In this document: one piece after another, positions 60,170 through 64,000 of the stretch | How positions within the stretch are numbered: the first letter of the stretch is position 1 | Layout: the number at the start of each line of letters is the position of its first letter | NCBI RefSeq assembly: GCF_006345805.1 | Contig: NC_043002.1 | Location: 110,794,001 to 110,858,000, forward strand | Direction: 5' to 3' | DNA length: 64,000 bases | Source: Octopus sinensis | Taxonomy: Eukaryota | The notes under the pieces: generated by a model | What the model saw: only the letters and a program-made list of their open reading frames with translations | Database searches by the model: none | What the model was told of the DNA's origin: nothing | Translations under genes and position numbers: made by a program

Positions 60170-60935
60170 AGCAGCTGTCTATAATACTGTTACACCATCT
60201 TTGGGGATGACGCCTTCCTGAATAATCTGATTAACTATGCAAGTGACTAGGCTGAATCCCACACCACCAGATATTTTAGTCATCTCAGCAATGATATCCA
60301 ATGGTCCAGGGGCTTTCTCAGCCTTCATATCCTTAATTGCCTCATATATTATACTGCTATCAACTCTGATGGCTAGTTCCTCAACTGGTTTGATATTTGA
60401 AAGACTCTCCTTCACCCAATTATTCTCCACATTTAATAACCTTTCATAATCACATCTTCATGCATCTTTCTTTTCTGAGTCACTAAATGCAAGCGTTACC
60501 ATTATCCATTCGCAGACATTTCTCACCCAGCACATCTTTATTCTCTCTGATACACTACTTTGCAATCATGCTGTAGAACATTGGCAAACCTCTCACCTTC
60601 TGCTATTCCTTTTGCTATGTAAACGTCTCACCTAGCCCCCCCCATCTGGCTCCCTGATAATGCTTCCACCATTTCTTTCCAGTCTTTCCAAGCCTGTCTC
60701 TTTGCTTTTATAGCACTGTCCACCTCCTTGTTTCACCACCATGTCACCCTTAGCCTAGCTGGGACTTTGCATCAGTCACAGATTTGGTCTGCAGCCCCCA
60801 GTAAAATGTCCCGCAGGAACTTACAGTTGTCCTCTGAGCTATATGTCCCATCTTCCTCCTCTCTATCATCAGAAGCTTCCAGTAGATTGTCTCTAAGTTT
60901 TTGTTGGTTTGCTGGGTCTTTGAGCTTCCATAATC
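60170..60935 (-). mobile_element. Decayed RTE-clade LINE fragment (pre-RT region)
   Basis: KAPGPLDIIAEMTKISGGVGFSLVT remnant; homologous to 49440-50180. Confidence 0.8.
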
Positions 60936-62983
60936 TTTTCTGCATAGTCCACCAAATTCACTCACAAGGCATTGGTCAACCCAAGGCTATAATAGAAGAC
61001 TTTTACCCAAGATATTGTGCAATGGGACTAAACTTGAAACCACATGGCTGTAAAACAAACTTCTTAATCACAAGGCTATGCCTGGCTGCTGTTTTTAGGA
61101 AGTCAAGTATATACAGTACAGGCTCTTGTGCAATTCAATGTTTTGTTATCTACAGAGTTGTCTGATGTTATGTTATCATTTGTAGTGTGTTGTCTTTTGT
61201 AGGGCAGCATTACCTTATGTTGCCTTGTCTTTAGTCTATGGTGCTGTATAGTGTTGTCTAACATTGTTGCTGTCTTTCATAGAATGGTATTGTGTAGTGT
61301 TGCTTTGTTTAATGTTGGTTTGTTGCGTTGTAATTTGAAACACCTTCTCTCCTAATCAATTTTCACTTATTCTCATCATGCCAAACGAGTCATTCAATTA
61401 TTTATCAATGTAAATATTGAAATACCACTGTTTTGCAACATGAGGTGGTATCTTATCTTCTCACAGACTCAGCATGCTTGTACTTAGTAATCAGATAAAT
61501 GACTGGCATAACAGTACAGCTATCAATGATGAGTGGGTGAAACTCTTTGAAGGAATAGGGAACAACTGTTGAGAACTAATAGCACTAGATTGTGTGACAG
61601 AAGAATTTAAGATAATATGAAAATCTTCACAGCTATCAACCCCAAAACTACATACAACACTCCAATCCTCCTCTTCTCTTTCTTTGCTACTGTCATCATC
61701 ATCATTATCATCATCCTTACATCAACATCATTATCATCATTATGATAAATGCTGCCGCCACCACCACCACCATTGGCATCATCATCATCATCATATGTAC
61801 TTAATTATATCTCCAAGTTTCAACCCAATCAACCCAGGAAGACACATAAACACTAGCTTAGACTTATCAAATCTTTCTTTTTGTATAAAATCCTTATTTC
61901 ATCTCCCAAATTGAGTTGCACTTCACTATTTCACCAAAAACATTTCAAAATCTACAAAGATATCTTTGGGAGAGTCTATATGTGGCTGCTTGCACAGAAT
62001 AACAGCCAAATCCCCTACTATCTTAAATAAATAAGGATATATTGAACAGTGTAGTCCCTGATATACATAATGATGGTGTCATCATGGCTGGAATTTGATC
62101 ATAGATTTGTTCAGTCAGAGCTGATATGGACCTCTCACCTTCTGCTATTCCTTTTGCTATGTAAACGTCTCACCTAGCCTCCCTTCTGGCTCCCTGATAA
62201 TGCTTCCACCATTTTTTTCCAGTCATTCCAAGCCTGTCTCTTTGCTTTTATAGCACTGTCCACCTCCTTGTTTCACCACCTTAGCCTAGCTGGGACTTTG
62301 CACCAGCCACAGATTTGGTCTGCAGCCCCCAGTAAAATGTCCTGCAGGAACTTACAGTTGTCCTCTTTCAGTATTTTACACTTCTTATGACATCATAATA
62401 TTCTATTCTATTCAACTCTTGTTTAATCTCAGGTTAACCCTCATTGTCCTGATCTTATGATCAATGGTGCTCTATTCTCTCTCAGTGTGAGTATGTGGTT
62501 TGTGGGGTCAACCACGTCCTCCGCTTCATTTTTTGTTATTCACTCATTCTCATTTAATTGTATATATTTTAATTGTTTGTTTATTCATATGTTTCATCTC
62601 ATTCGATACCCTGACCCCAACGTTTGTTTTGTCCCCTCTTTTTCTCAACCTTATGGTGAATAAAGAAATACTCTCTCTCTCTCTCTCTCTTCGTGCAGTT
62701 AATGTTGGAGTGAAAGGACTGAATGGATAAGCTATCAGACTACCTACCCAAGTGTCATGAGTTCAAGTCTGATGCTAATTTGTCATTGTATTTTCAAATA
62801 ACATTTTATTTTAGCTGTTGGTGATATATACCAGACCATCTGAGAATCTTACCTGCAATATATCTTATCTATAATACTCTAATCAAAGGTGAAGATATAC
62901 CAAATTTATGTCCAAGCCAATCTTCAATGTACTACAATCACCACTTTTGCACCTAAAAATCAGTAATATATTTTATCATCTTA

Positions 62984-63308
62984 TACTCTTTTACTCTTTA
63001 CTCTTTTACTTGTTTCAGTCATTTGACTGCGGCCATGCTGGAGCACCGCCTTTAGTCGAGCAAATCGACCCCGGGACTTATTCCTTGTAAGCCCAGTACT
63101 TATTCTATCGGTCTCTTTTGCCGAACCGCTAAGTGATGGGAACGTAAACACACCAGCATCGGTTGTCAAGCAATGCTAGGGGAACAAACACAGACACACA
63201 AGCACACACACACATACATATATACGACAGGCTTCTTTCAGTTTCCGTCTACCAAATCCACTCACAAGGCATTGGTCGGCCCGGGGCTATAGCAGAAGAC
63301 ACTTGCCC
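62984..63308 (-). mobile_element. SINE family A, 5'-truncated
   Basis: Family A body and tail; the tRNA head is missing. Confidence 0.85.
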
Positions 63309-64000
63309 TTTTTACAATACATATAAATATATTGGTCCGCTTTAATTTTGCTCCTTATGTTTTGGCATTGAATTTCTTGCATCGTAATTCAGTGGGGGGG
63401 TGAGCTCAGAATTTAGAATTCCGAAACTGAAGACCCATGACTTAAATTACATAAAGCATTAATCCGGATGCTGTAATCAATTCCACCGTCTGCTACCCAT
63501 TGCTATCTAATTGAAATAATTAGTTGAAAACTTGTCAGCTAATAGTTAAAAAAGAAAACATTAAAAATTTTAAAGGAAAAAGACAGCATTTTACATGCAA
63601 AACTTTGCTCCGGTGATGGTGATACGAAGCTGCCTGCTTTCCTATATTGTTTTATCTGCTGCCAAATTTATTTTATTTATTTATTTACTTTTTTAATTTG
63701 TTCACATCTTGTTTTTTTTTTTTGTGTTTTGTGTTTGGTTTTGTTGCTGATCCTGCATCGCCTCTTCTTTTCCCCTTTCACACTGAAAGGAGGTAAAAAA
63801 GTGAAAGAGGTGGGTAGCAGGTTGAAACATGACATGAAAAGTGACCTGTTTCAATGAAGTGACTTGCTGTCACAGAGTTCTTTGACTCATCAACAATTTT
63901 GATTTGTTATCCCCCTGTCTATTGTTGCATCGGCATCACTTGGCAGAATTTAACATTTCTTTGGAGTTGTTCTTTGTACTTTACTCCCTTTTTTTTCTTT

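Overview
AT-rich, repeat-dense eukaryotic DNA. The SINE, RTE-LINE and microsatellite content resembles an octopus (coleoid cephalopod) genome; this is an inference from repeat motifs, with no database search. The only host protein-coding gene I can support is the 3' part of a DNMBP/Tuba-like gene (ARHGEF36/37/38 family) on the + strand. It has 10 GT-AG exons from 269 to 33871 that splice into one open frame (1628 nt; BAR domain, linker, two SH3 domains, stop). Its largest intron holds a 27-copy 187/188-bp tandem array (16245-21302). The remainder is mostly transposon material: tRNA-headed SINEs, RTE and CR1 LINE fragments, Penelope-like termini with minimal hammerhead-like motifs, non-autonomous Helitrons, piggyBac- and mariner-like MITEs, an LTR-type pol fragment, and Merlin, pogo and Tc1/mariner transposase relics. 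A promoter-like motif cluster lies near 58.4 kb. Best leads: the array with higher-order structure and cryptic in-frame exon signals; hammerhead-like motifs; a 106-bp imperfect hairpin overlapping a possible antisense spliced ORF; inverted repeats around all-phase-0 BAR exons; a head-to-tail Helitron junction; and a DIRS-like RNase H joined to a DDE integrase. No CRISPR array, rRNA or bona fide tRNA gene is supported.
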